A DNA stretch of 61,249 bases, taken from the IMG/VR virus record IMGVR_UViG_3300050821_004166, positions 1 to 61,249 of that record. The stretch is one strand, 5' to 3'. The notes beneath the pieces were generated by a model, which was given only the letters and a program-made list of their open reading frames with translations, was not told where the DNA came from and did not search any database. Below are positions 44,147 to 51,997 of the stretch, one piece after another. Each line of letters begins with the position of its first letter. The first letter of the stretch is position 1. Both the position numbers and the translations under genes were made by a program. The DNA is from a virus.

Positions 44147-44754
44147 AGAAGGAAGAAATCATCGTGACGCACGGCAAGCTGGAATGGCCGGCGGGGACGC
44201 CGCGGACACGCATCAACGACCGCGACAGCAATCCTCAGTGGAAGAAAACCGCACTCTTCTACGAGCAAGCCATGCTCAAAGAGTTTGACCGCATGGGCGT
44301 GGTGTCCGTCAAGATCACCACAAACAACACCGTCCAAGACCCTGCCGTGGCTGTCTGGATCTCCCGGCAGAAGGAAGCGGACTATTCCTGGCAGGATTTG
44401 CTTGGAATCAACGACCCATCGCCTACCAAGGACGAGATTGCCAAAGCCTACAGGGAAAAGGTCGTCCCGTACCACACTGGCGGGGATGTGAAACAAGGCG
44501 CCGACCTCGAGATGTTCCTCCTACTTACCAAAGCTCGCGATCGAGCTCTCGAGTGGATTCAAATGACGGAGGGGAGCCTCCACAACTACGCCATTGCCTG
44601 CGATCGGTGGGCAGAGTCCAAGTGGAACCTGAACGCCATCAGGCTGACAGTGGGCGCCATGCGGCAGATGGAGCGGTGCGGAACATCGGCCATGATGGAA
44701 CGCGCATTTTCGGGGTTCGCGGCTATCACGGAGGGCGCAAATGCGGCTGCTTGA
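44143..44754 (+). CDS. J-domain-like protein with a degenerate HPD motif
   Basis: GTGA overlap and GGAGGAGGA upstream. DLLGINDPSPTKDEIAKAYREKVVPYHTGGD resembles a DnaJ J-domain with HPD replaced by HTG. Confidence 0.45.
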   Translation: MKKEEIIVTHGKLEWPAGTPRTRINDRDSNPQWKKTALFYEQAMLKEFDRMGVVSVKITTNNTVQDPAVAVWISRQKEADYSWQDLLGINDPSPTKDEIAKAYREKVVPYHTGGDVKQGADLEMFLLLTKARDRALEWIQMTEGSLHNYAIACDRWAESKWNLNAIRLTVGAMRQMERCGTSAMMERAFSGFAAITEGANAAA

Positions 44755-45205
44755 GAACGGAAATGAAGATGAAGGAGTCCCCGTTTTGACCGAGAGGGAT
44801 GAACTCATCCAGCAGATTGAGGACCTACAGCACCAGTTGGCCGAGGCCCGCAAGAAGGCTTTGGACCGTCAGGTAGTCCTGGTGGAAGTGCAAAACAAGC
44901 TGCTCCCGTTTTACAACCTCCTGCGTGCCATCTTCGGAGACCTGAAGGCGGCTGACCTGCAGACGGCGACCGAGCCGCTACGCTCTCACGACCATGCGCG
45001 GGAGAAGTGGGTTTCCTGGAAGCAGAAGATGCCCGGAAAGCCGGCAGAGTTTATTGACCTGCTTCTGCTCCATGGAGAAATGACTGCCGCGCAACTGAAA
45101 GCGGCAGCCCACTGCTCGAGCGATACCGTCTACCAGGTCATCTACAAACTGAACGCCGCGCAACTAATCAACAAAAACGGCGGGCGCTTCTCCCTGAAAA
45201 CGTAG
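44741..45205 (+). CDS. Coiled-coil protein with a C-terminal wHTH-like domain
   Basis: 154 aa. C-terminal MTAAQLKAAAHCSSDTVYQVIYKLNAAQLINKNG. Confidence 0.4.
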   Translation: MRLLENGNEDEGVPVLTERDELIQQIEDLQHQLAEARKKALDRQVVLVEVQNKLLPFYNLLRAIFGDLKAADLQTATEPLRSHDHAREKWVSWKQKMPGKPAEFIDLLLLHGEMTAAQLKAAAHCSSDTVYQVIYKLNAAQLINKNGGRFSLKT

Positions 45206-45222
45206 TGAAAGGAGGCACGAAA

Positions 45223-45429
45223 ATGATTTTACGTAAACAACCGGTCCCAAAGGCTATGCGCTGGATCATCGCTGCAGAGCAGAAGTATGGCATGTACTCG
45301 CCAAAGGCAAGCGCGGTTCGCAGGTATTTCATCGGCCAGTTATCACCAGAATTTAAGCAGGTTCCTGTTCCGCAAGAACTGACTGACCTTGGCTATAGCT
45401 CTGAGAGAGAGACGGAAGATGCTGACTGA
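45223..45429 (+). CDS. Hypothetical small protein
   Basis: GGAGG 7 nt upstream of ATG 45223. Confidence 0.4.
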   Translation: MILRKQPVPKAMRWIIAAEQKYGMYSPKASAVRRYFIGQLSPEFKQVPVPQELTDLGYSSERETEDAD

Positions 45430-45754
45430 AGCGCAACGCGAAGTGTTCGACGCCGTGGTATTCCTCGCGGCCAAGGAACGGAAGAGCCCCACCGCGAGCC
45501 CGGAGAGCATTGTACGGCTCTATAAACAGATTGGAGACAAGCTAGGTCTAAAGTCTCTGAGCACGGTCCACAAGCACATCAATACGCTCATCCGGAAGGG
45601 GTTTCTCCTGCGCCCGTCACCCTACGAGCTACAGATCGTGCCTGCAGCAGCCCGTAATGAGCGGGAATGGCAGACCTGCGACAAAGGCCATCCCCGAATC
45701 ATGTTCCAGGTAGCGAACTGCCCTATTTGCATCGTCCGAGAGGTGTCAATTTGA
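45419..45754 (+). CDS. LexA N-terminal-like winged-helix DNA-binding protein with a C-terminal Cys cluster and no peptidase domain
   Basis: MLTEAQREVFDAVV...IGDKLGLKSLSTVHKHINTLIRKGFLLR matches the LexA_DNA_bind pattern (LT.rQ..vl...lG..S.s.V..Hl..L..KG.l). Confidence 0.55.
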   Translation: MLTEAQREVFDAVVFLAAKERKSPTASPESIVRLYKQIGDKLGLKSLSTVHKHINTLIRKGFLLRPSPYELQIVPAAARNEREWQTCDKGHPRIMFQVANCPICIVREVSI

Positions 45755-46179
45755 GACCGCCATGCGATGAGTGCGCGTTCAGCAAGAAGGGCGCCGGAAC
45801 AGAGCCGTACAATGCTCTCCGGGCTCGCGTCTGTTCCCTCGGTCCGCTTCCGTTCGGCTGCCACCACGGGACCGACTGGCATGGTTCGAGCACCTGGTCG
45901 GCAGAGAAGACCGCACAAACGCTCCGCACGGTAGGAATCTGCGAGGGTTGGCGATCGGAAGTCAGGCGACTCAATGCCAAGGGGTGGTTCGGCAAGTACC
46001 GCGTCATCCGGAGAGCGGTGGCGAAGCAGGCTCTCTTCTGCATCGAGGTGTTCAATTCCTCAGAGCCGGGCCCGGTCAAAAAGAAATACTTGCGTGCGCT
46101 GAAACGTATGGTCAAATTCTTGGCTGAGAAGGACATTGAACGTAAGAAGATCCCGCTAATCGACTTGTACTTGCCGTGA
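45751..46179 (+). CDS. Cys-rich hypothetical protein
   Basis: TTG 45751 (TTGA overlap) is the only in-frame start after the upstream stop. Confidence 0.35.
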   Translation: MRPPCDECAFSKKGAGTEPYNALRARVCSLGPLPFGCHHGTDWHGSSTWSAEKTAQTLRTVGICEGWRSEVRRLNAKGWFGKYRVIRRAVAKQALFCIEVFNSSEPGPVKKKYLRALKRMVKFLAEKDIERKKIPLIDLYLP

Positions 46180-46232
46180 CCGAGCCGGGATATCTCACGA
46201 CGGGATGGGGCGGCTATCCGGAGGAGGAAATC

Positions 46233-46460
46233 ATGGTTTGGGTTGTCCAGTTCACTGCGGAAAATCCCCCGACGTACATCGCGGAAGGCGGTGGGTTGAC
46301 CTACCAGTTTGCAAAGGCGAAGGATTTTGGATCGAAAGTAGCAGCCGAAGAGTGGGTAAATAACCACAAAATGCCGGCGACGTGGCAGGCTATCGGACAC
46401 GCTACTCCTCCAGCGCCGGCTAAACTAGTTCGAGGGATGCCTCCTCCAAAAATGAAGTAG
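46233..46460 (+). CDS. Hypothetical protein
   Basis: GGAGGAGG 5 nt upstream of ATG 46233. Confidence 0.4.
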   Translation: MVWVVQFTAENPPTYIAEGGGLTYQFAKAKDFGSKVAAEEWVNNHKMPATWQAIGHATPPAPAKLVRGMPPPKMK

Positions 46461-46471
46461 GTGAGATAACA

Positions 46472-46669
46472 ATGCCCGATCTAATCCAAGACCTTATGCG
46501 CGAGATTCACCGCGTCGAACAACTCTATCCGTCTTTCGAGGGGGAGGCTCTAGAGAGTGTGAAGCGCAGAGTGGCCTATGCCCAACACGGCCTGGCGATG
46601 AACGCAACCAGGGTAATGAAGGAAAGCCTCCTGGATCTTCAGGACATAATCGAAAAACCGAAACCGTAA
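46472..46669 (+). CDS. Hypothetical small protein
   Basis: 65-aa ORF, helical. Confidence 0.4.
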   Translation: MPDLIQDLMREIHRVEQLYPSFEGEALESVKRRVAYAQHGLAMNATRVMKESLLDLQDIIEKPKP

Positions 46670-46691
46670 GTCGCATCCGGAGGGGAAACCA

Positions 46692-46898
46692 GTGAGTGAA
46701 ATGGTAACCGTAAGTGTGTCCAAACTGAAGTTACTGAAGCTCTTTTACGCCGCTTTCACATCGCTGATGGATGGCCGGCAGCAAATGACCGATGCGGAAC
46801 TCCTCGACAGGCTCGAAGGTTTGAGGAGATTGAGAAACGAGCGGGAGGCGCTTGAAGCGGAACTGCGGGAGGACCTGAAGTCTCGAGCGGCTTGTTAG
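46692..46898 (+). CDS. Hypothetical small protein
   Basis: 68-aa ORF with GGAGGGG upstream of the GTG start. Confidence 0.35.
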   Translation: MSEMVTVSVSKLKLLKLFYAAFTSLMDGRQQMTDAELLDRLEGLRRLRNEREALEAELREDLKSRAAC

Positions 46899-46994
46899 AC
46901 CCCCTGCGCCTGGCACCGAAGACTAGACCGTTTCCACACGCCATATTGGCAATGGGTTGCGCCGATCTTCCCCGCTTCCGCGAATCCTCGGCAC

Positions 46995-47022
46995 CAGTTA
47001 CAGCAGGAGGAAGAGGTATAAT
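46995..47022 (+). promoter_or_regulatory. CAGTTACA-N12-GGTATAAT box 1 (perfect -10)
   Basis: TATAAT at 47017-47022. Same architecture as box 2, 64 nt downstream. Confidence 0.4.
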
Positions 47023-47058
47023 CCTCCCAAAGCCCGCCATGGTCTGTTCATTTTGAGA

Positions 47059-47086
47059 CAGTTGCATGAACCTGGGACGGTATAAT
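47059..47086 (+). promoter_or_regulatory. CAGTTGCA-N12-GGTATAAT box 2 (perfect -10)
   Basis: TATAAT at 47081-47086. The distance from CAGTT to TATAAT is 22 nt in both boxes. Confidence 0.4.
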
Positions 47087-47151
47087 CGACCCTATGAGCG
47101 CCACCGCATAACGCTTGCCCCCTCCCCAAGCAATACTCTTCTGTGGCGCAT

Positions 47152-47169
47152 ACTGGCACACTCTGATAT
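47152..47169 (+). promoter_or_regulatory. Conserved 18-mer ACTGGCACACTCTGATAT, family 2 element, copy A
   Basis: Matches 53923-53940 at 17 of 18 positions. The 12 nt upstream match at 8 of 12. Confidence 0.5.
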
Positions 47170-47212
47170 AGTTTTTTGCAAATGAGCAACCCATCCGGAA
47201 ACGGAAATAAAC

Positions 47213-47407
47213 ATGCCCAGGACCATTCAGTGGAAGACCCCTCTCGAGATACAGGAGTACCTGTGGCTGGACAACGCGCTAGTGCGCCCGGAGGACCTGG
47301 CGACCGCGGAAATAATCGATTGGCGGCAGCCGGCCTTCCAGTCAACACCGGCTATGGATCTGATGTTCTCCCCGGAAAACCTGCTGTACTACCTGCGCCG
47401 GCCGTAA
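47213..47407 (+). CDS. Hypothetical small protein
   Basis: 64 aa. More protein-like than the overlapping ORF 47176..47520. Confidence 0.35.
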   Translation: MPRTIQWKTPLEIQEYLWLDNALVRPEDLATAEIIDWRQPAFQSTPAMDLMFSPENLLYYLRRP

Positions 47408-47536
47408 AACACATAGCTACATCCGATTGGCATACCTGTCTCTGCGCGAGCTGCACGGCGCACCGCGGACGGGCCAAGCTGGCTATCGGGGAATACTCTA
47501 AGAAGAAGAATCAAAAATGAACCCCCGGCAGGAACA

Positions 47537-47821
47537 ATGTTTTTCCGCATGTTAGTGGGCAGGATGATTTCCTACACTTGGGAGAAACCTGCTCCTTTTA
47601 GTAGCAAGCCATGGGTGCCGCTGGTTCACGAACAAGGTATCCCCCTCAAGACCTGCAAGCACCATCCCAAGGTTGTTTTTGATGGACAGGAGTGCCCTGG
47701 TTGCCAAGCTGAGAAAGAGATTCCCACATCCCTATCTGTGGACGCTAGTTCGTTGAGTACACACGTCAAACATCGAACCATCCACAGTTTCCACAGGACT
47801 CACAACAACAAGAATACTTAA
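47537..47821 (+). CDS. Hypothetical Cys/His-containing protein
   Basis: 94-aa ORF; CKHH...CPGC. Confidence 0.35.
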   Translation: MFFRMLVGRMISYTWEKPAPFSSKPWVPLVHEQGIPLKTCKHHPKVVFDGQECPGCQAEKEIPTSLSVDASSLSTHVKHRTIHSFHRTHNNKNT

Positions 47822-47943
47822 GATAACCCTTGTTGTGATAGAGCCTTTTTACTGTGGAAAACTTAGAGGAAATGTGGAAAAGAGGATAGTTGATTGACTC
47901 AGTTTGGCATTAGGAGTAACTTTCGAACCGTCCAAACTGTGGA
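47781..47943. repeat. Five (C/A)TGTGGA iterons: two inverted and three direct
   Basis: TCCACAG at 47781-47787 and 47790-47796 (minus orientation). CTGTGGA at 47852, ATGTGGA at 47872 and CTGTGGA at 47937. Confidence 0.6.
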
Positions 47944-47961
47944 CTGAGGAGAAAGGGGAAG

Positions 47962-48771
47962 ATGGCCGATACGATTCACTTCAAAGACCTGATAGCAGCC
48001 GGGCTTGCCGGCGCCAAGAGCAACACTCAATTTTACCTAAACGCAGAGAAGTACCGCCGAGCCGAGGCGTTCAAGAAGGACGGGTTTAAGACTTGGGAGG
48101 CCTGCCTGGCGAAGCTCATCAAGAAGATTCGGCGGTCTCGATCGGGAGTGATGGCGAAGATGGCGCAGGTACGCCTTCTCCTGGATACCAAGAAAGTCAG
48201 TTTCGCGCAGCTCGAGCAGATGGGTGACGCAAACGCGACGATGCTTTGCCGTGTTCATCGCGTCAAAGGGTTGAGTGCCGCATGGATAAAAAGAGCGTTA
48301 ACGATGGACGTGGAGAAGTTCAAAGCGGCAGTCCTCAAGGCGGTGAAGCCGAGCGAGGAACCCAAGCGTCACTTGACCTTCGTGGTGGTGCAGAGCCTAT
48401 TCGTGGAAGTGATGAGCATGATCGGCAGAATCCAGACGTTGGTAAAGCTGAACACCAAGGAGGGGGCGCTAGACTTCATAGTGGCCGATTATTTGACGAA
48501 GGACGACTCGGAAATTCTGCAGGCGGCGGGGGAGGGAAGCCAGCTAAGCGAAAGGTTGGAACGAGTCCGACAGCAAGAAGCCTCAAGCACTACAAAGGCG
48601 AAGGCTTCACGACCGCGCAAGTCGAAAGATGGAAGCCAATCCCGCGTCTCAACAAGGCCACGGGGAAAACGGACCTCTTCCCGTATGGAGTCCGCGTCGA
48701 CGTCTTCGGTTTCGGGGACCTCCTCATCTGCAAGCCAGGTTGGGGCATCGGCCTCGTCCAATGCTGCATAG
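47962..48771 (+). CDS. Hypothetical, possibly DNA-binding protein downstream of the iterons. The last ~70 codons are probably out of frame.
   Basis: The N-terminal ~190 aa look protein-like. The Ser/Arg-rich tail overlaps a nuclease-like domain in another frame. Confidence 0.4.
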   Translation: MADTIHFKDLIAAGLAGAKSNTQFYLNAEKYRRAEAFKKDGFKTWEACLAKLIKKIRRSRSGVMAKMAQVRLLLDTKKVSFAQLEQMGDANATMLCRVHRVKGLSAAWIKRALTMDVEKFKAAVLKAVKPSEEPKRHLTFVVVQSLFVEVMSMIGRIQTLVKLNTKEGALDFIVADYLTKDDSEILQAAGEGSQLSERLERVRQQEASSTTKAKASRPRKSKDGSQSRVSTRPRGKRTSSRMESASTSSVSGTSSSASQVGASASSNAA

Positions 48772-48935
48772 GCGCACACCACGCCGCGAGGCGGGTGAAG
48801 ATCAGAACGGAGTGCGTTTGGGAGTTTGACGAGTGGAGGGCAGCCGGCGGGCGCGTGTTAATCATGTCCTGGGACAAGCAAGGACCGCGGGGGCAGCGTA
48901 AGACCTGGACCTTTTGGGAGGAAGAGCTTTTGTAG
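48534..48935 (+). CDS. PD-(D/E)XK / Holliday-junction-resolvase-like nuclease domain with no start codon of its own
   Basis: KHYKGEGFTTAQVERW...DVFGFGDLLICKPGWGIGLVQCC. The only in-frame ATGs (48246, 48282) would add about 100 aa of Gly/Arg-rich junk. Confidence 0.45.
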   Translation, partial: GKPAKRKVGTSPTARSLKHYKGEGFTTAQVERWKPIPRLNKATGKTDLFPYGVRVDVFGFGDLLICKPGWGIGLVQCCIGAHHAARRVKIRTECVWEFDEWRAAGGRVLIMSWDKQGPRGQRKTWTFWEEELL

Positions 48936-49032
48936 ACTTTGTGGGCGCCTGTGATGCTGACGCGCGACTCTGGCGACAGAGTGGAAGTTTTCGGCATGGG
49001 ACGGGCGCCTTCCCTTTGAAAATGGAGGAGAG

Positions 49033-49320
49033 ATGCACTACATCGCAAACCCGGTAATAGCGGAAGCGTTCAAGATCAAGTCGATCGGCCCAATCAACAC
49101 AGACGGTGGCCGGCAACTTATCTTAGACAACGAAAGTAGAGTGACAGCTACCGCGGAGATGATGGCCCGCATGAACCCCCAGATTGACGATTTTTGGGTT
49201 ATTCAGAGCGACGGGTACATCTACCTGAACCCACAGCACGTCTTTCTCCGGAAGTACAGCGAGGCTGTCCAGGGACCTGACGGAGAGTGGAAGCGAAGGG
49301 ACAAGGCAACCTCGGCATGA
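49033..49320 (+). CDS. Hypothetical protein
   Basis: GGAGGAGAG upstream of the ATG; 95 aa. Confidence 0.4.
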   Translation: MHYIANPVIAEAFKIKSIGPINTDGGRQLILDNESRVTATAEMMARMNPQIDDFWVIQSDGYIYLNPQHVFLRKYSEAVQGPDGEWKRRDKATSA

Positions 49321-49721
49321 ACGAACTCATCGCCAAAGGTGCGGACGGTCAAACCGTTCTAATCCTCGTTCTTGAACCGGGCAACATCAACCTGCTCCGC
49401 GAGGGCAGGCCGATCGACAAGCGCATCCACGACTATTTCCCGGACGGGATTCCTCGAAAGCTCGAGCTGGTAATCCATTACAGCGAGACGCCGCTTGCCG
49501 ACAGCAAAGCATTCGCCAAAATGTCGAAGATGACGTTTGACGAGCGCAGCTCCAAGAAGGTTCGCCCGCATTGTCCGGAGTGCAAATCCACGATCGAGCA
49601 TCTAGGTGTGTGGAGAAACGAATCTCGTATGGCGTTGACGTTCTGTTCTCAATGCGGTTGTATCTTCGGAATGGTCCCTACCGAGGTTGCCAATGCGCTT
49701 TCACTCCCAAAACCTGAGTGA
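49317..49721 (+). CDS. Hypothetical protein with a C-terminal zinc ribbon
   Basis: ATGA overlap with the upstream gene. CPECK...CSQCGC. Confidence 0.4.
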   Translation: MNELIAKGADGQTVLILVLEPGNINLLREGRPIDKRIHDYFPDGIPRKLELVIHYSETPLADSKAFAKMSKMTFDERSSKKVRPHCPECKSTIEHLGVWRNESRMALTFCSQCGCIFGMVPTEVANALSLPKPE

Positions 49722-50460
49722 GAATCACGACGGCAGTACGCCGCGGAGTAAGTTCTGGAACGGGCGATGCTGGCTGCACTTCGAGACATTCACCATAGGC
49801 CTCGAGTGGAGCTTTCTGGTGTCTCGTCTGAGCATCGGTATCGGGCTCGCAGACTACGACCACGCGCTTTCTGGTCATTTCTGCATTGGCCGGGTGAATC
49901 TCTACTGGCACCTTGAATACTTCCCTCTCTACCGCTGGCTCGAACACAAGATCAAGCGCCCGGACCAGAAGTACGGAAATGGCCGAACCATCGGGTTCTA
50001 CTGGTTGGACGGAAGCCTCTCAATCGACCTGTGGCACGACCCCATGGAGCACCGCCGCGCCGATCCCAAGTGGTGGCACTTCTACATCACTCCTCGAGAC
50101 ATTCTCTTCGGGCGACCGGTCTACTCGGAACGCGTCCTGAAGACCTCCCGCGTCGAGGTTCCCATGCCGGAAGCCGTCTATCCGGCTGAAGTGAAGATCG
50201 AGGAAGCTACCTGGAAGCGCCCGCGCTGGCCTTGGCCGTTGCGCCGTATCCGCGCAAAGATCACTCCGGACACGCCGATACCATTCCCAGGCAAGGGCGA
50301 GAACTCCTGGGACTGCGGCGAGGACGCGACTCACTCAATGACCTGCAACGCGACGAACGAGCAGGAAGCGGTTGCCAAGCTGGTAGCCTCGGTCCTGAAC
50401 GATCGGTACAGGCACGGCGGAAAAAACTGGCGGCCGGCGGCGGTGAAGCATGGCCGATGA
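49693..50460 (+). CDS. Hypothetical Trp-rich protein
   Basis: 255 aa. The start is ambiguous: TTG 49687 or ATG 49693. Confidence 0.4.
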   Translation: MRFHSQNLSENHDGSTPRSKFWNGRCWLHFETFTIGLEWSFLVSRLSIGIGLADYDHALSGHFCIGRVNLYWHLEYFPLYRWLEHKIKRPDQKYGNGRTIGFYWLDGSLSIDLWHDPMEHRRADPKWWHFYITPRDILFGRPVYSERVLKTSRVEVPMPEAVYPAEVKIEEATWKRPRWPWPLRRIRAKITPDTPIPFPGKGENSWDCGEDATHSMTCNATNEQEAVAKLVASVLNDRYRHGGKNWRPAAVKHGR

Positions 50461-50788
50461 CAAGGAACACGTCCTATGGTCTCAAAGCGGTGTGAACAAG
50501 GCGGGCGAACCGTTCATCCAGCTTCTACAGGACGATCAGCCAATCTGCCAATTCACACCGGAACAGGCGCGTAGTCATGCGCGAGACCTCCTAGAATGTA
50601 CCGAAGCCGCCGAGCAGGATGCGTTTATGGTGTCCTTCATGCGGGAGAAGGTAGGCCTGGATCAGAAGGGCGCTATAGCGATGCTTGTAGACTTCCGCAA
50701 GTGGCGCGAGGAGCGAGGGAAGAAGGGACCACCATCCGACCCGCGGGAATTTTTTCGCACAGACAAGCACGAAAAACCTCCCAAATGA
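50450..50788 (+). CDS. Hypothetical protein
   Basis: 112-aa ORF. Confidence 0.4.
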   Translation: MADDKEHVLWSQSGVNKAGEPFIQLLQDDQPICQFTPEQARSHARDLLECTEAAEQDAFMVSFMREKVGLDQKGAIAMLVDFRKWREERGKKGPPSDPREFFRTDKHEKPPK

Positions 50789-51213
50789 AGCGAGCCTCTA
50801 GCCGCGCTGGCCGATGGTACTCGAGGAAGGTAAGATTTCGAGATCAGCGGACCAGAGCTATCGACCGATGCAAGGATGATGCTTGCCAGGTTTGCCACAC
50901 AAACCTAAAAGTGCCCCTCTCGCCGGGTACTTTCGTCTGGAACCGCCACGTAGACCACGTAATCCCGGAACGATTCTGCCGGCGCTTCTTCAAAGGCGCC
51001 GACCCGCACATTGACGAGAATCTCCTGGTTATCTGCATGGAGTGCCACGGGAAGAAGACCCAGGCAGAATCCTGGCTGTTTTCCGGGGACTGGCTGTCCT
51101 TTACCCGCGTCCTGAACATCATCGGTTACGACATTGAACTGGTTAAGACTGCCATGGGAGCTCTGAGTAACTCGGCAGCCGGGCGCAATTTAGAGAAGAT
51201 CAGGAAGAAATGA
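50785..51213 (+). CDS. HNH endonuclease
   Basis: CQVCH...HVDHVIPE...NLLVICMECHGKKT. ATGA overlap with the upstream gene. Confidence 0.75.
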   Translation: MKRASSRAGRWYSRKVRFRDQRTRAIDRCKDDACQVCHTNLKVPLSPGTFVWNRHVDHVIPERFCRRFFKGADPHIDENLLVICMECHGKKTQAESWLFSGDWLSFTRVLNIIGYDIELVKTAMGALSNSAAGRNLEKIRKK

Positions 51214-51299
51214 GGTATACTCCCTTCCAGATCAACAGAGTCATCCCAAGCATTTCTCCGTTCCGGGCCAGGGCTTCGCATCCTTGGCCCATTTTTCTT

Positions 51300-51329
51300 T
51301 TGACATTACAGGGTTTTGCTCACTACGCT
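51300..51329 (+). promoter_or_regulatory. Promoter-like element, family 1: TTGACATTACAGGG...TACGCT
   Basis: TTGACA at 51300-51305, N18, TACGCT at 51324-51329. Lies 54 nt upstream of the lipoprotein ATG. Confidence 0.45.
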
Positions 51330-51382
51330 TCTATTCTGTGAAGTATTCCACCCACCGCACCGCTTCCAGCCGAGGTATCAAC

Positions 51383-51808
51383 ATGACATTCCGGTTGTTC
51401 TTATGCTCGCTGATGCTCCTTGCAGGGTGTGCCGATCCCTATGGAGCTTGCGAGAAAGGGGCTCTCGACGTCGGCAACGGCATTGCTGCCGGCATGAAGA
51501 CGATCGACCAGCTACGCGCTTCCGGAGCTATCTCTATCCAGGAAGAAACGAACGTACTCGGCTATTTCGAGTTTGCCAACAAGGCTGATGGAGCTTTCGG
51601 CGCTTGTGCTCAGGCAGCGCACACGGCAGGCTCAAAATCAGGTTCCTACACCGCTTGCGTGCAGATTTTCCAGACGGCACTCGCCAGTCCGCAGCAACTC
51701 GCTTTGATTCATGTCACAAATCCCACGTCGCAGCAGCAGATTGAGGCTGTAGTGTCCGGCCTAACCATAGGCGCAACGGCTATCCTCACAGCACTCGGGG
51801 GCAAGTAA
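51383..51808 (+). CDS. Lipoprotein
   Basis: MTFRLFLCSLMLLAG|C: signal peptide plus lipobox LLAGC. Confidence 0.65.
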   Translation: MTFRLFLCSLMLLAGCADPYGACEKGALDVGNGIAAGMKTIDQLRASGAISIQEETNVLGYFEFANKADGAFGACAQAAHTAGSKSGSYTACVQIFQTALASPQQLALIHVTNPTSQQQIEAVVSGLTIGATAILTALGGK

Positions 51809-51997
51809 ATGGACCCTGTAGACGTTACTCTCGCACTCAGCCTGTTAAACACGCTTTTGGGTTTCATCGCTTCGGTCCGGGCGCAAGGCGGCGTGACGGA
51901 TGATGCTCTGGCTGACCAGGTGCAAACCGTGACGAAGGGCAACGATACGGCCTATCAGGCTTTGATGGCGGCATTGACGCCAAGCAAGCCGGCGTGA
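51809..51997 (+). CDS. Small protein with a hydrophobic N-terminal helix
   Basis: The ATG immediately follows the lipoprotein stop. VTLALSLLNTLLGFIASV. Confidence 0.4.
   Translation: MDPVDVTLALSLLNTLLGFIASVRAQGGVTDDALADQVQTVTKGNDTAYQALMAALTPSKPA

Noticed and set aside
47154-47169. Reading TGGCAC in the family-2 element (also at 40299, 46911 and 53925) as sigma54 -24 boxes.
   Set aside because: The required -12 TTGC(A/T) element 11 nt downstream of the T of TGGCAC is absent at all four sites (GATA, AATG and the like).
47176-47520. The 114-aa ORF overlapping 47213-47407. Its C-terminal part (HIATSDWHTCLCASCTAH...) looks like a mini Zn-finger.
   Set aside because: Its N-terminal two-thirds are Gly/Pro/Arg-rich shadow sequence of the 47213 ORF. 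The Zn-finger-like tail has no start codon of its own. It might reflect another frame change, but the evidence is too thin to call.
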